Assembly (NCBI GenBank): GCA_038087875.1
Contig: CM075987.1
Span: 20,896,001 to 20,960,000, forward strand
Length of the DNA stretch: 64,000 nt
Source: Malacoraja senta
Lineage: Eukaryota
Direction of reading: 5' to 3'
Shown here: piece by piece, positions 13,381 to 28,100 of the stretch
Position numbering within the stretch: the stretch's first letter is position 1
Layout: each line of letters begins with the position of its first letter
The notes under the pieces: model-generated
Databases searched by the model: none
Told to the model about the DNA's origin: nothing
What the model saw: the letters and a program-made list of their open reading frames with translations, nothing else
Program-made: the position numbers and the translations under genes

Positions 13381-13740
13381 CTCTGATTCATTCTTCCTAC
13401 AGTTCCCAACAGCACCATATTCTGAAATCTTCGCACAAGTTCCATTCACATGCAGAAAGATGGGCAAATAATAAGTAATTAGAAACAACTTCCGAGAGAC
13501 AAAATCAATGAAGTCAGAGTAATAGAATTAGATTTTGCATTAGAAGCAGGAAGGATAATACGGCAGAATAGGAGTGGTATTGGCAGCATATCAAACAGAT
13601 TGAATGATTATAAACATATTATATATTGAAAATACAAAAATGATTTAGAAGGATGAAGCCAGAACTCAGAGAGAACTCATTTAACACTAGTAAAATTACA
13701 ATTACAATACAATTTATTTGTCTTTTGGACAAATTTGTCA

Positions 13741-13794
13741 TTTGGACCCCTTGAGGTCCAAACGAAATGTCGTTTGGACCTCAAGGGGTTCAAA
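13741..13794. repeat. 25-bp-arm near-perfect palindrome
   Basis: TTTGGACCCCTTGAGGTCCAAACGA-AATG-TCGTTTGGACCTCAAGGGGTTCAAA, one mismatch. Confidence 0.9.
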
Positions 13795-15077
13795 ATAATT
13801 CCGAACATAATAGATCAACCACATTGAATCCCATATGGTATCTTTTCTGATTTATCAATATTATGGTTGATCATCTCTCAAAGTTCCACTTAACTGCCAC
13901 AACCATACAGTATACCTCAATTCTGATATCTACCATTCTTAACCTTTATTCACTCATGTTTGAACTTCATTCTCTTGGACACATGGCTGAGGTGTGATTT
14001 GATGGAAATCTTTAAGATTATAGAAAAAGGTTTGCACGTGTGAGCACAAGAGAAGATACTTCCAAGGTAGACACAAAATGTTGAAATAGCTCAGCAGGGC
14101 AGGCAGCATCTCTGGAGAGAAGGAATGGGAGAGAAAGAAAGATACTTCCACTCCTGTGGAGCCTAGAACTTGTAATCCTAAGTATAATTTTGTCACTTAG
14201 AAAACAAATAGAAAATTGTAGGTAGGTATTCGGCCAAATGACCTGCATCTGAACATTGTTGAATTATCTCTTATTAACCCTCCCACGCCACTGTTTACTG
14301 GTCTAATTAGCACCACATGGCAGTAACATATTGAGGTATAGAAGGAACAGGAATACTGTTCTATATCAGAAATTTGTAGCAAGGCTTTGAAAACTAATCA
14401 GGCCCACGGAACAAGAAATTATTTAGATTTCTATGCTGCACGTTTCGCATCCTAGGCTATTCCAAAAGGTCTTCACAGAAAATTACTAGATTTAATGTAT
14501 AAGAAAGATGACAACCAATGTACTTGCAGTAACCTCCTGTATACAACATTGTGATAATGGTCCAATAATCGACTTTAGTGGGGGAAAAGCACCAGCCAGT
14601 AAACAACATGGAACCCAGCTTTGCTTCAAACGCACATAACCTTTTACATCTACCAAAGAAAACAAAGAATTAACCCAATTTTACACTTCCGACGATTCTG
14701 CACACCATGGGGAATGTTGACTGAGTGCTCAGGTCTTTGGCGTACCAAACTACAAACTCCGGGATCATAAGTAACTGTGATAGCCACACAAGTCAAGCAC
14801 AAACCTAAATGGAGTTCTCTATTAAGGTTAGAGACTACAACAAAGGGGTACTGGGTAGTCTGTAAGTTCTGTTGGGTAGCATTGGACAAATGAGTAATAG
14901 ATTTGTGCATCACTGTACAGGAACACATAGATTTGAAAAATATCAAACATGACATTATGTTTTGACTGACAGGGAACATTCAGCCACCACCTCAACAAGT
15001 CCAAGATGAAACATCACACGGGGGTATTTACAATTCAAGAGAAGTGCACAATCATTCCCAGTTCTTCATCCAAAGGA

Positions 15078-15165
15078 TCACGGAAGGCTAGAGATGTCCC
15101 TCTTAGCAGGAGGTCTGGTAGGTTTGGAGTCATTTCCGTCACTTTTTCCTTCGAACATCATGATT
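15078..15165 (-). CDS. AIF1L: AIF1L coding exon 6 (last)
   Basis: ttttcag|AATCATGATGTTCGAAGGA...[37 protein letters not shown]. Confidence 0.94.
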
Positions 15166-18100
15166 CTGAAAATAAATATTTAAACTCTAATTTTAAATCT
15201 TTAATTTGTGATAGGATCAAAAGACATTTTCAGTTGATACTCCTTCAATGGAACTGAATATATTAAAAATGTAAACATTATTTATGTTTATATTGTTCTT
15301 TTGCTCGAAATACCAGGTCATTTCACGGCACATTGGTCCAACACGGGAAACAGGAGAGCTAAGATGGACACAAAATGCTAGTAATTCAGCGGGACAGGCA
15401 GCATCTCTGGAGAGAAGGAATGGGTGATGTTTTGGGTCGAGACCCTTCTTCAGACTGAGAGTCAGGGGAGAGGGAGATATAGAGATAAGGAAGTGTAAGG
15501 TGTGAAAACGAGACATCAAAGGAGATTATCAAGGAAAATATAGAATAGATCACGGTTAGCGAGGGGAAGGTAACAACAAAGCAAACAGAGATAAAATGTA
15601 ATCAGGGACAGTCAGACTGGTCGGAGAACTGGGAAGGGGGAGGGTTGAAGAGAGAGGGAAAGCAAGGGTTTGTTGGAGTTAGAGAAGTCAATATTTAGTT
15701 TAGAGCTAGTTTGTGCACAGGAAGCTCACACAATGGCGATCTGATATCAACCAGAGAATGATGATGATTGGATAAAAAACAAAAAACTTTGATTTTCTTC
15801 ACAACTTTGCTAGGGGGATCTTTTGGGATTCTAAACTAAACTGAACAGATAAAATGTTTACGGTTGTGGGGTGGTACAACATTTAGGATCATTGATGCCA
15901 GTTGCTAATAAGTTAAAGGAAGAATTGAGGAGAGGCTTTCTTATCCAGAGTGTGGCAAGATTGTGGGAATACCACTGTGAACAGTTCAGGAAAATACCAA
16001 TGATGCATTGAAGAGAAGTTAGGTAAGTATACACAAAGGAGAAAGGAGGAGAGCTGATAAAGAAAGGAGGTGGGAGAAAGCTTCCAGGAAGCAGAAGCGG
16101 CACCAGTATGTGACGATTCAGATTTCTGCAATCCGAGGAGAATGGAAGGGATATGGTGCAAAGTACAACCTTGCAACTTGAGTGACACAGTTTACCACTG
16201 CCCCTCCTGGTGATGAGGTCTATTTACATAAAGTCTAAGTACATTTATCAATGTACCTAATCAACAAACTGTTCAGTGATGAAATGTGAAAAAAAATCCT
16301 TTTACTTCTAAGTGTCACTCTCATTTACAGGAGTGTCCTCATAAGTCATAAGTGATAGGAGCAGAATTAGGCCATTCGGCCCATCGAGTCTACTCTGCCA
16401 TTCAATCATGGCTGATCTATCTCTCCCTCCTAACCTCATTCTCCTGCCTTTTCCCCATAACCTCTGACACCTGTAGATTAACTATCCTGGATAGACACAG
16501 CATAGTTAATTGTAAAACTGCACTGTGCCATCCCTCTCCACTGCCCTAGATTGTAGACTACTGAATCATCAAACATTATTCTTGCATTACATTATGCACT
16601 GAAATCAACCCACTCTACTATACAGGGAACACTTGCCCACTTAATCTCACCATGTTGTCCTTTGTGCCAAATCACACTATGCTGCTAGGTTGGCATTCTG
16701 CATTAATTTATGTCCCACAACCCTGGGATCTCACTGTGCACTAAATCTCACCTCTCAGTCCTGAGAATTTAATTGCCCTAAATCTAGTGATAACATTCCC
16801 CTAAAGCGGCTTTGAGCAACAGATCAGACCCCATACACCAGTAAACTCTAGTCTATCACTGAAGATAGAGACAAAATGCCGGAGTAACTCAGCGGAACAG
16901 GAAGCATCTCTGGGGAGAAGGAATGGGTGATGTTTCGGGTCGAGATCCTTCTTCAGACTGAGAGTCAGAGGACAGGAAGTCTAGAGATATGGAGGGGTAG
17001 GGTGCGAAAACACCAGATCAAAGCAGACGATGATAAGGAAAAGTAAAATGGTTCATTGTTAGCAGAATGGAAGGTGACAAGTAAACCATACACTCAGTAA
17101 AATTAATCAGAAGGACAGTGACATTAGTTGGAAAACTAGGGTGGAGGTTTGATGGAGAGAGAGGGAAAGCAAAGGTTACTTAAAGTTAAAGAAGTCAATA
17201 TTCATACCGCTGGGGTGTAAGCTGCCCAAGCGAAACATGTGGTGCTGTTCTTCCAATTTGCGTAGGTCCTCACTCTGACAGTGGAGATAGCCCAGGACAG
17301 AAAGGTCAGTGAGGGAATGGGAGGGGGAGTTAAAGTGTTTAACAACCGGGATATCGTGTAGGCGGAGGCAGACTGAGCGGAGATGTTCAGCGATATGATC
17401 GCAGAGCCTGCGCTTGGTCTCGCCGGTAGTCTATCACTCACTGGGATATTAGAGTTTCGCTTGGGGCATCTGAACTTTCACACCTCCTCTAAAGCAAGGC
17501 ACCCAATAAAGTGAAATTGAAATCCAGCCATGAAATTAGTCCTGTGAATGGCCTGAATGCCTGCACTTGCTCGCAATCAATACAGCCCCCCACACTATGA
17601 ATAAATTCACTAGAAGCATGCTGCATCACCCCACAATAACCCATTCATCCAACTCTGCTGCGTAGGAATTTCATTCCCATTTAAATACAGCAAATTCAGG
17701 CTTAAGGTAGGCAAATCAGAATGGAATAAGTGATATCACTAACAAGAAGCCAAAAAGGGCATGTTCTATTCAGCAACTACTATAGATTATTCTCATGCAT
17801 TTTTATGTTCCAAATCTCAAGGACCATCCACTAATGCAACACAAATCTTAAAAGCTTTCCACATGCCTGGAGCTTGCTTGAATCCAGTAACAAATTGACG
17901 AGGAAGACAATTCTTCCATTTTACACTTACATAATGGAATTCTGTGCATTGTCTTTGTCCCCTAATTACAGAAGATGCAATCAAAGCACTGTGAAAAAAA
18001 ATCTACGGCTATGATACCAGGACTGAAAATGTAAGGTTGAGAATGGTGATGAAGATGGGGGTGGCTGTGGATGAGGCCTTCAATCAGAAGCAGATGCAGA

Positions 18101-18943
18101 GAAGTAGCTTCCATTTCTACCTAGATCAACACTAATGAACACAAATATAAAGGTTGTCTCCAATAAATCCTTTGGGTATTGCAGGAGGAATTTCAATACC
18201 CAGAGTTGCCAAACATGTGGAATTTGCTACAAGGCAAACTGAATGCAAAAAAGCATTGGCATATTTAAGATTTATTATATTGAGTGAAACAAAAAAGAAA
18301 ACTGGGAGGCGCGGTGGACTGCCGGCAGCTCTACAGCCTTACAGCGCCAGAGACCCAGGTTCGATCCGGACCACGGGTGCTTGTCTGTACGGAGTTTGTA
18401 CATTCTCCCGATGACCTGCTTGGGTTTTCTCCAAGATCTTCGGTTTCCTCCCACACTCCAAAGACATACAGGTTTGTAGGTTACTTGGCTTGGTAAAAAT
18501 GTAAATTGTCCCTCGTGTGTGTTGGATAACGTTGGTGTGCGGGGATCGCTGGTTGGTATGGACTCGGTGGGCCGAAAGGCCTGTTTCCACGCTGTATCTC
18601 GAAACTAAACTACAAACATGGGAAGAATAGGTCTGGCTCATACGGAGCACAAGCATCAGTGTGGGGACATTAGACTGAATAGCTTGACTCGAAGGTGTAT
18701 GTAAAATAACGAGTCTATCAGGCTAATTCCTGCCTTTGATTAGTGACTATCCCTCAGCTAAATGGTCTGGTAATAAATTTATGATCCCATCAATAGTCAG
18801 GCACTATCTATAGGATACAAAGGTAGCTTAATATGCTATAAAGCACATCTCAAAAATGGAAGGGAAGATTTAGTTCTTAATGTATAATTATTTTTAAAGT
18901 GAAATGATCATTACAGTGACATCAGGTAATTCAGAACGGCTCA

Positions 18944-18975
<32 letters not shown>

Positions 18976-19005
18976 ACGCCGCAGGCCGCCCCCTCCCCGC
19001 TCATG

Positions 19006-19039
<34 letters not shown>

Positions 19040-19071
19040 ACACCGCAGGCCGCCCCCTCCCCGCTCATGCT

Positions 19072-19107
<36 letters not shown>

Positions 19108-22100
19108 ACACCGCAGGCCGCCCCCTCCCCACTCATGCTAGCGTGTGTGTGTGTGTGTGTGTGTGACGCCGCAGGCCGCCCCCTCCCCCCGCAACCGCTC
19201 GTAAGGGGGGGGGGGGGGGGAAGGGACCAACGGGTCCCACTTGGTCTAGTTAACTTTTAAAAATATTCCTTTGTTTTAATCCTTCATGACTTCAGGATGG
19301 TCTGAGCACTTCGTGAAAATACTTTCCGAAGTAAAGTCACGTTGCGAGGCGGGAAATTCACAGCAAGTCCCACAAAAAGTAAGTAATTTATGCTGAACGT
19401 TTAACATAGCAAACATTCTCAAATCTCAGGACTTTACAGAAAATAAAGTACTTAAAAAAAAAATTTATAGGCACTGCTGTCATGCAGGAAACAGGGGAGA
19501 GAATTAGTCCCACGGCAACCTCCCAGAAATAGCAGTGTGATCATGCGTAGAGAATCTGTTTTCAATGATGTTGGTTGAGGGCTGACCATTGGGTTTGGAG
19601 AGAACACACATTTCTTCAAATACTGCCATGGGAAATTTGCAGTCTGCCTGAGCAAACAGAGTCATGGTTTAAAATCTCATCCACACGGTTCAATTCATCA
19701 AACACCTGTCTTTGGATTTTAACTGCACTAACATCTATAACTGGTTGAAACAAATGATTTTCAGTTGCTGTCTGCACTTAATCCTGTTCTGTGTCAACAC
19801 AGAAAATCCCTGCGATACACAGTCTGTTAATTCGGTTAAGTTGCACTCTTAACAGGGTAATGCCTTTCTCCCTTCCCACCCAAATATTAGGACTGAATGC
19901 ACATCAACAGAAAATATCATTTAAGTCTTAAATGCACAGTGGCGCAGCAGTTAAGTTGTTGCCTTACAGCGCTAGGGACCCTGGCTCAATCCTGATTACA
20001 GGTGCTGTCTGTTCGGAGTTTGTACTTTCTCCCTATGACAGCGTGAGTTTTCTCTGGATTTCTCCCCCCGTTTCTTCCCACATTTCAAAGACGTGAAGGT
20101 TTGTCGGTTTTCTACATTTTCATTGATCTCCATTCCCTCGTCCTTACACTTCCTTATCTATGTACCTCCCACTCCCTTGACATCAGTCTGAAGAAGGGTC
20201 TCAACCCAAAACATCACCCATTCCTTCTCTCCAGAGATACTGCCTGTCCCGCTGAGTTACTCCAGCATTTTGTGTCAATCTTCCAGGTTTCTAGGTTAAT
20301 TGACTTCGAACTAGCGTACAAGTGAGCGTTGGTCGGCATGGACTCAGAGGGTCGAAGGGCCTGTTTCCACGCTGTATCTCTAAACTAAACTGCCTGACAT
20401 GTGGGCGACGATTGGGCTCTCAAGATCAGAACACCAAACTTAAACATGTCTTTTCTGCATTTAAACAAGGGAGACTGGGTGGGCCCCATAGAGGCAGAGC
20501 GGGTCAAATCGGTACTCTTCAATGGGTAATAAAAGGTTCTGATATACTAATCATTGTAGTGGTCAAATACATCAGTGTTCTCTGACGAGTGGTTGACCTA
20601 TACGTGGGACCATGCATTAGGTCATCTGAGTCACAGTAAATTGTGGGTTCTAGTCCCAACTCCAGAAACTTTAGCCCTAACCTGGCAGTCATTGAGGATC
20701 AGCTTTCACATGAAACATTAAAACTAGCTCTTATTCTCTCTTTCCACAGAAGACAGCTGGAGAGTGCCCCAGATTGTCCTGGCAAGTTATCCTCAAACAA
20801 CATCACTGAAAAGAACAAAACACAAATTACTGGAAGAACTTAGCCAGTCAGGCAGCATCTTCGGAGTGAATGGGCAGACAATGTTTTGGGATGGGACCCT
20901 TCTTCACACTTAAAATATCGCCTGTCCATTCCCTCCCCAGATGCTGCCTGACCCACTGAGTTCCTCCAGCATCGTGTTTTGCTCCAGATTCCAGCATCTG
21001 CAGTTTCTTGCGTCTCCATCATTGAAATGAAAATGATCTGACCACTTGTCTGCATTTTGTGGCTTAAAAGTCCATCTTGAAATTTTGGAAGGTGAAACGT
21101 CATGCAAGGTTTTACTTTAAGTCGTCCACATCCTTTTGTACAGAATTGGATTTGATGTGCTTTCCACATGAACTTCCCCAGACTAGTATGTGGGCAGATG
21201 CAGCACTGCACCTCACAGGTCAAAGCTTATGGGAGGTTGGTGGAATAGTATCAGAGAAAGCTACAATGGAACACAAAACAAGGGCAGGAATGCTGCAGTG
21301 TAACTCAGCTGTTTTCTTCAATCACTTGTATTGTTCCATCAATGAGGAGGCGGAGAACACATGTGATCTGGCTCCTGAAAATCAGCAGGATGTAAAATTA
21401 GTAAAACAGTGATGGAAGGCACTCGAGAATGTTGGCAGGAACTGCAGATGCTGGTTTAAACCAAAGATAGATACAAAAAGCTGGAGTAACTCAGCAGGTC
21501 AGACAGTCTGAAGAAGGGTCTGACCTGAAACGTCACTTATGGAAGGCACTTGAGTCAGCGTTGGGTCATGTTACTGCCAAGGGTATTAAGAGGCATTCAT
21601 TTGTAGCTTTCAAAATGAAGCTGGTTAACTATCCAAAATAATTTGTGGTGGGGTGGATTTGGGATGGTGGGGCGGGGAGTAATTTGTTAAAATTGCACTT
21701 ACATGAATCTACTGTGGATTCAATGGGCCGAATGCTCTTCTTCCGTGCAGTAACTATACCATAACTTTGTATCCGAGCAACTGTGTCGCAGGTTATTTTT
21801 TCTGGGCCGCAGAGGATAAATCATTTCAGTGATTACTTTGGATGAAACTCTATTGTTTAACATAAGCGAGGTTGCTATTTGGAAGCCTGCTCAGCTCTGA
21901 AATGGCCACAGGGGGGAGCAAGGACAGGTTTGGCAAGGTGGGACCAGAGGCTTTGTGCGGCACCAATACTTACAATCTGAGGACTGTGGAGCACTTGCCC
22001 AGCATCATGATGACAAAGTTGCGGTAAGAGATGGTCTCACTGCTGCCACCCGTAGCTTCTGCAATCATCTTCTTCACTTCCAGGTGAGTCTTGGGAACTC

Positions 22101-25100
22101 CAAGTTTCTCCAGCATCTGCTTCAGGCTCATCAAGTCTGGTGGATAGGAGGAGCAGGAAAAAATAATCAGATTTCTTGCTAAGAAAGGCAATGACATGGG
22201 CTGTTTTATTTTCTTCATTGCCTGCTGTCCCCTTTGAATGCTACACGAACCATCTCTCCACACAAGTCCTTGCGTTATGTCAAAAGGGAGCAATCACACC
22301 AAGTGCTCAGTATTTACAATGTCCTCACGGCCCTCGATAACAGCACATTGAACTGGCTAAAGCACCTGGAGGGCATTACATAACCTCTGCTGCCTCATAC
22401 GCAAGATGAAGAAGAAGAAGAATGGCTTCTGTCTGTTGTGCCTGATTCTTTGACCCTATCCTGACACTATCAAGAGGGACAACTACGTTGGACTATTGAA
22501 GAAGATGCACATTGGTGCGGAGATGTTGATTTGCTTGGGCTCTTGTCTGGCAACTGAATCTTCAGAACGGTACTCATTAATGAATGTAATACCATAAGGA
22601 GGAGGAACACAGGTCAGGATCCCTCGAATGTGCACTGCCATTCTACAAGATCATGGCTCATCTACCGCCCCATCTTGTCCTTGTAACCCTTAATTCCTTT
22701 ACTGTTGGAAGATCAAAAATCTAGCTGTTTGGCAAGCTTTTGGTCACCTTTCCTAACATCTCCTCATGTTATTAGTGTCAACATTTTTGCCTTAAAACAT
22801 TCCTGTAAAATGCAATAGAGCATATTATGACTTTGAAGATGCAATATAAATTGTTGTTAGGTTTCACCTTAAAAAATGTTGATAGTGGAGAGTTTGCTGA
22901 GTGAAGCTTGTTTTTGTGAAGGCAAAATGACCTTCGGGTTCTCCTCGAAACATTATCTGTAGAACAAGGGAGCTGGGACCAGATTATGTCTGAAAAGCGC
23001 ACTTCACCGAGATTAAATCAGTGGTTTTTTACTCTCGTGACTTTGAAATAGTGAATAACAGGAGTGGTGTTGGCAGAAGATAGAGTCATGTTACATTCAA
23101 AACCATTTCACTTTCATATATACGATTATTAGTTTGATATTGTGGCCAAAATGCCAGAACTCACCAATGTCACCTTGGTCATTGAGATCAAATTCCATAT
23201 ACTTCTCTGCAATAAAAAAAAAGTGAGTTATTGTGAATCTCAATGTACTCACGAGGTCTTAAGAAACAAGCACAATAACAACACTGAAATAGCACTTTTA
23301 CATGAATAAAATAACCTAAAGGATCATAGAAATGACAATAAAAAAGTTAATAAAAACTGCGTGTGGAGGAGGTACAACGGCAAATAATCAAAATATTGAC
23401 GTCTTGATGAATGTCTTAAACAAGAAAGGAGGAGCGAAGGGAGAGAGCGAGGCAGACAGTGGAGGGCAAGCGAGGGCAAGCAAGGGCAATTAGAAATGTA
23501 TTGTTTCTGTATTAAAAGCAGCAGAAAGAAATGATTACTTCTTTCATTTGGAAGATTGTTTTGAAAGTAACAAAGTAGAAAGGTGACACTGTGGAAGAGT
23601 CGACACATGCCAGCACTTTCCTGGCTGTCATGGAAGCTGCAGTGCAGAATGGGTTTGAAAAGCCATTTTCAAGTCTGTCTCTTTAAAGCTACCCTTCAGG
23701 TTGTCATCGTTGGTTGACCATTGAGTTTGATGATGTCAGTTGTGCAGTCTTCGTTGGTAAGCCTTAGAGTGGCTGGCAAGACCAGGCCTGAAGGCACACT
23801 CTGGGGGACAGTGGGGGGACAGGAAAGATGCTGCAGCAGATACGTCTTGCGTTCTGCGGCTCCAGTGACTCAGTGCCAAAGGCTTCCTTCAAAGTGGATA
23901 CAGGACCTTTTGGTCAAAGCACATCAGCCTGTTCTGTCCTGGACACAAGGCCCCCCCTCTCATGCAGGGATGATGCTGTGTTTGACGCTGCCTTTGGTAC
24001 AATCCATGTATCACTTTTTTTTTAGTTATCTGGAACAAGAACTCATAAAGGAGCTGGCGTAGCATACGGAAGCTGTCCAGGCGGATTATGAGGCCTGTCC
24101 AGAGCAACTGTCCCAACCCAGGCGACTACTTGTGTGCTTGCCACAGAAGCAGATGTGCAATGACATATTACAATCGCTCCACATCTTTATTCCTACAGCA
24201 ACATTTCTTACTTTAACTATGATATCTCTACACTGAAAATGGCTTGATTGGAATCTTGCATTGTCTTTCCGCTGACTGGTTTAGCATGCAGCAAAAGCTT
24301 TTCACTGTACCTCGGTACACGTGACAATATGAGGAAAGATTGAAAAGACTAGGCTTATATTCACTGGAGTTTAGAAGGATGAGGGGGAATCTTATAGAAA
24401 CATATAAAATTATAAAAGGACTGGACAGGCTAGATGCAGGAAAAATGTTCCCAATGTTGGGCGAGTCCAGAACCAGGGGCCACAGTCTTAGAATAAAGGG
24501 GAGGTCATTTAAGAATGAGGTGAGAAAAAATGTTTTCACCCAGAGAGTTGTGAATTTATGGAATTCCCTGCCACAGAGGGCAGTGGAGGCCAAATCACTG
24601 GATGGATTTGAGAGTTAGATAGAGCTCTAGGGGCTAGTGGAGTCAAGGGATATGGGGAGAAGGCAGGCACGGGTTATTGATAGGGGACGATCAGCCATGA
24701 TCACAATGAATGGCGGTGCTGGCTCGAAGGGCCGAATGGCCTCTTCCTGCACCTATTTTCTATGTTTCTCTATGTTTCTAATAAACTAAATCTGAAACTG
24801 GATCATGGTCTTGATGCTGTCCAGATCTTCCAAGTTTGTCACCCTGTCCTGCCATTCGATGCTTTATGTGGAAAGACTCCAGCTGTTTGATGTGTTTCCT
24901 GCAACGCATCGAGGTCTCACACACACAAAGGCTTGTGAGGACAACTGCTTTGATCTTGGTTGACAGCTTGTTGTTTCTGTGGTTCATCATGCAAGAGCAG
25001 AGACAGACAAGCGTCTGCCTGACCTCGCTGTTCCCACGTCAGGACAGCCATCAGAAGAGCTAACATTTCCCTGGCACTTGAACTGATCTGTCTTTAGCCT

Positions 25101-28100
25101 TTCATGTAAAAATCTACAAACACTCAGAGATATCAAATTTCCACATTTATTCATTTTCACTGCTGAGCTGAAATATTTGACATCCATTCTGTTTCACTGT
25201 TCCACACTAACTGGACAATATCTCATGTCAGTTTGTATAAAACTATTTTGAATCATTGAGTCACACAGCAGAGACAGGCTCTTTGGTTCATCGCATTAGT
25301 GGCAATAATTTGCATTATTCCTATGACTTCTGATATCCATATCAATTTCCCCACACCTCATCAATTTTCCTGCCATCTATCTGCACCAGAGACAATTTAC
25401 AGTCGACAATTAATCTACCAACCAGCATATCTTTGGCATGTGGGTGGAAATCAAAGCACCCGTGTGAAATATGCGTGGTCACAAGGATAATTAAAATTCA
25501 ACTCAGACAATACTCAAAATCAGGAGAGATGTAATAGGTAAAATGACAAGTTATATATTAATGAAAATGGATAATTACTCAAATGGAAAAAAAAAGTCCC
25601 GTGCCACCGGGGAAAAGAGGAAGAAATTGGGTCCAATTCGACAGCTATTTCAAAAACTAGATTTATTAGATCATAAATTCTCAATAACATAGCAGCCTCT
25701 TCCATCCTCCCAGAGTCTATCAGCATGACAGACTGTGTTGTGCAATGAACTGGAGTTGATTAGGGAGCTGAAGGTAAAGGAACCCCTAGGAGGTAGTGAC
25801 CATAATATGATAACATTCAACATACAGTTTGAGAAGGAGGAAGATCAAATCAGATGTGTCGGAATTAACTGTTGAGTAACTACAGAGGCATGAGGGAGGG
25901 GCTGGATAAAGTTGATTGGAAAGGGACCCTAGCAGGAATGACAGTGGAGCGGCAAGAGCAAAGGTTTCTGGGAGTAACTCAGAAGATGCAGGATTTTATC
26001 ATCCTAAAGAGGGAGAAAGATTCTCAGGGGAGAATGAGGCGAGCATGGCTGACAAAGGGAGTCAAAGGCAGCATAAAAGTAAAAGAGAAGGCGTATAACA
26101 TTGCAAAGGTTAGAGGGAAGCTGGAGGATTGGGAAGCTTTTAAAAACCAACAGAAGGCAACAAAAACAGCAATAAGCAGAGAAAAGGTGAAATGTGAAGA
26201 TAAGCTTGCCAATAATATAAAAGAGGACACCAGACGTTTCTTCAGATATATAAGGAGTAAAAGAGAGGGATGAGTGGACATTCGACCACTGGAAAATGAC
26301 GCTGGAGAAGTAATAATGGGGAATAAAGAAAAGGTTGATGAATTGAATACATTTTTCGTGGCAGTCTTCATAGCAGAAGACAACAGCAACGGGCCAGAAA
26401 TTCAAGAGTCGGGGCAGAATTTAATGGACTTGCTATTATGAAGAAGAAGGTGCTTGGGCAGCTGAAAGATCTGAAGGTGGTTAAGTCACCTGGACCAGAT
26501 GGATTACACCCCTGGGTTCTGAAAGAGGTAACTTTAAAGATTGTGGGGCATTAGTAGTGATCTTTCAAGCATCACTGGAGTCAGGAGTGGTCCCAGAGGA
26601 TTGGAAAATTGCAAATGTTACTCTACTGTTCAAGAAAGGAGTGAGGCAAAAGAGGGGAAAACTATAGGCCGGTTAGTCTGACTTTAGTATTGGTCAGATT
26701 TTAGAGTCCACTATTAAGGATGAGGTTTCCGACTACTTAGAAGCACATGATAAAACAGGCCAGCATGGTTTTGTGAAGGGGAGATCTTGCCTGACAAATC
26801 TGATGGAATTCTCAGAGGAAGTAAATAGCAAAACAGACTAATGAGAGTCAGTGGATGTTGTTTACTTGGGCTTTCAGAAGCCTTTGATAAGGTGCCGCGC
26901 GTGTGGCTGCTAAACATGAGAGCACATAGTATTAAAGGGAAGATACCAGCATGCATAGAAGTGTGTTGGAAGGAACTGCAGATTCTGGTTTAAACCGAAG
27001 ATAGACACAAAATGCCGGAGTAACTCAGCAAGACAGGCAGCATCTCCGGAGAGAAGGAATGGGTGACATTTCTGGTCGCGACTCTTCTTCAGACTGAAAC
27101 GTTACCCATTCCTTCTCTCCGGAGATGCTGCCTGTCTTGCTGAGTTACTCTTGCATTTTGTGTCTATCTTTAGCATGGATAGAATATTGGCTAACTGGCA
27201 GAAAACAAAGAGTGGGAATAAAGGGGGCTTTCTCTGGGTGGCTGCCTGTGACTAGTGGTGTTCCGTAGGGGGTCGATGTTGGGTCCGCTACTTTTCACAT
27301 TGCATATTAATAATTGAATGAAGGAATTGATGGCTTTGGGGGCAAGTTTGTGGATGATACAAAGATAGGTGGAGAAGCAGGGAGTTTTCAGAATGAATTG
27401 GACAGGTTTGGAGTGGGCAAATAAGTGGCAAATGGAATACAGTGTAGCAAAGTATGTGATTATGCATTTGGTAATAGGAATAAAGGCATAAACTATTTCC
27501 TACCTGGGGAGAGGATTTTGAAATTCGAGGTGCAAAGGGACTTAGGATTGTTGGTGCAGAATTCCCCAAAAGGTTAATTTGAATCGGTAGTAAGGAAGGC
27601 AAATGCAATGTTCGCATTTATTTTGAGAGGACTAGAGTATAAAGTAAGGATGTAATGCTCAGGCTTGAAAGGGCACGAGTCAGACTGCATTTGGAGTATT
27701 GTGAGCACTTTTGGGCTCATATCTGTGCTGGCGTTGGAGTGGGTTCAGAGGAGGTTTACCAGAATGGAGCAAACCTTCTACTCCCAGCTTAAAGATGGCA
27801 AACGTAAAAGAGGCGGACAAAAGAAGAGATTCAAAGACGCCTTAAAAGCCAACATGCAGAAATGTGAAATCGACATCGACAATTGGGAAACCAATGCCAA
27901 GGACAGGAAACTCTGGCGAACCATCATCCAAGAAGGAACAGCGACCTTCGTAGCCAAGAGATGCGCAGAATTAGAAGTGAAACGAAGATAACGGAAAGAG
28001 AGGCAGCAACAACCAAAGCTCCATCTGCCATCTGGAATTACCTGTCCTGAATGTCGAAGAACTTTCAAAGCCAGGATTGGACTCATAAGCCACCTGAGAG

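Noticed and set aside
12173..13950. AIF1L poly(A) signal
   Set aside because: Several minus-strand AATAAA candidates (13950, 13718, 12178); cannot choose from sequence.
18948..19190. Repeat-spacer pattern resembling CRISPR
   Set aside because: Spacers are (GT)n, context is vertebrate, no cas genes.
22390..22425. Third copy of the ribozyme retroposon (TACGCAAGATGAAGAAG tail)
   Set aside because: Only ~10 nt plus (GAA)n match; no ribozyme or clear TSD.
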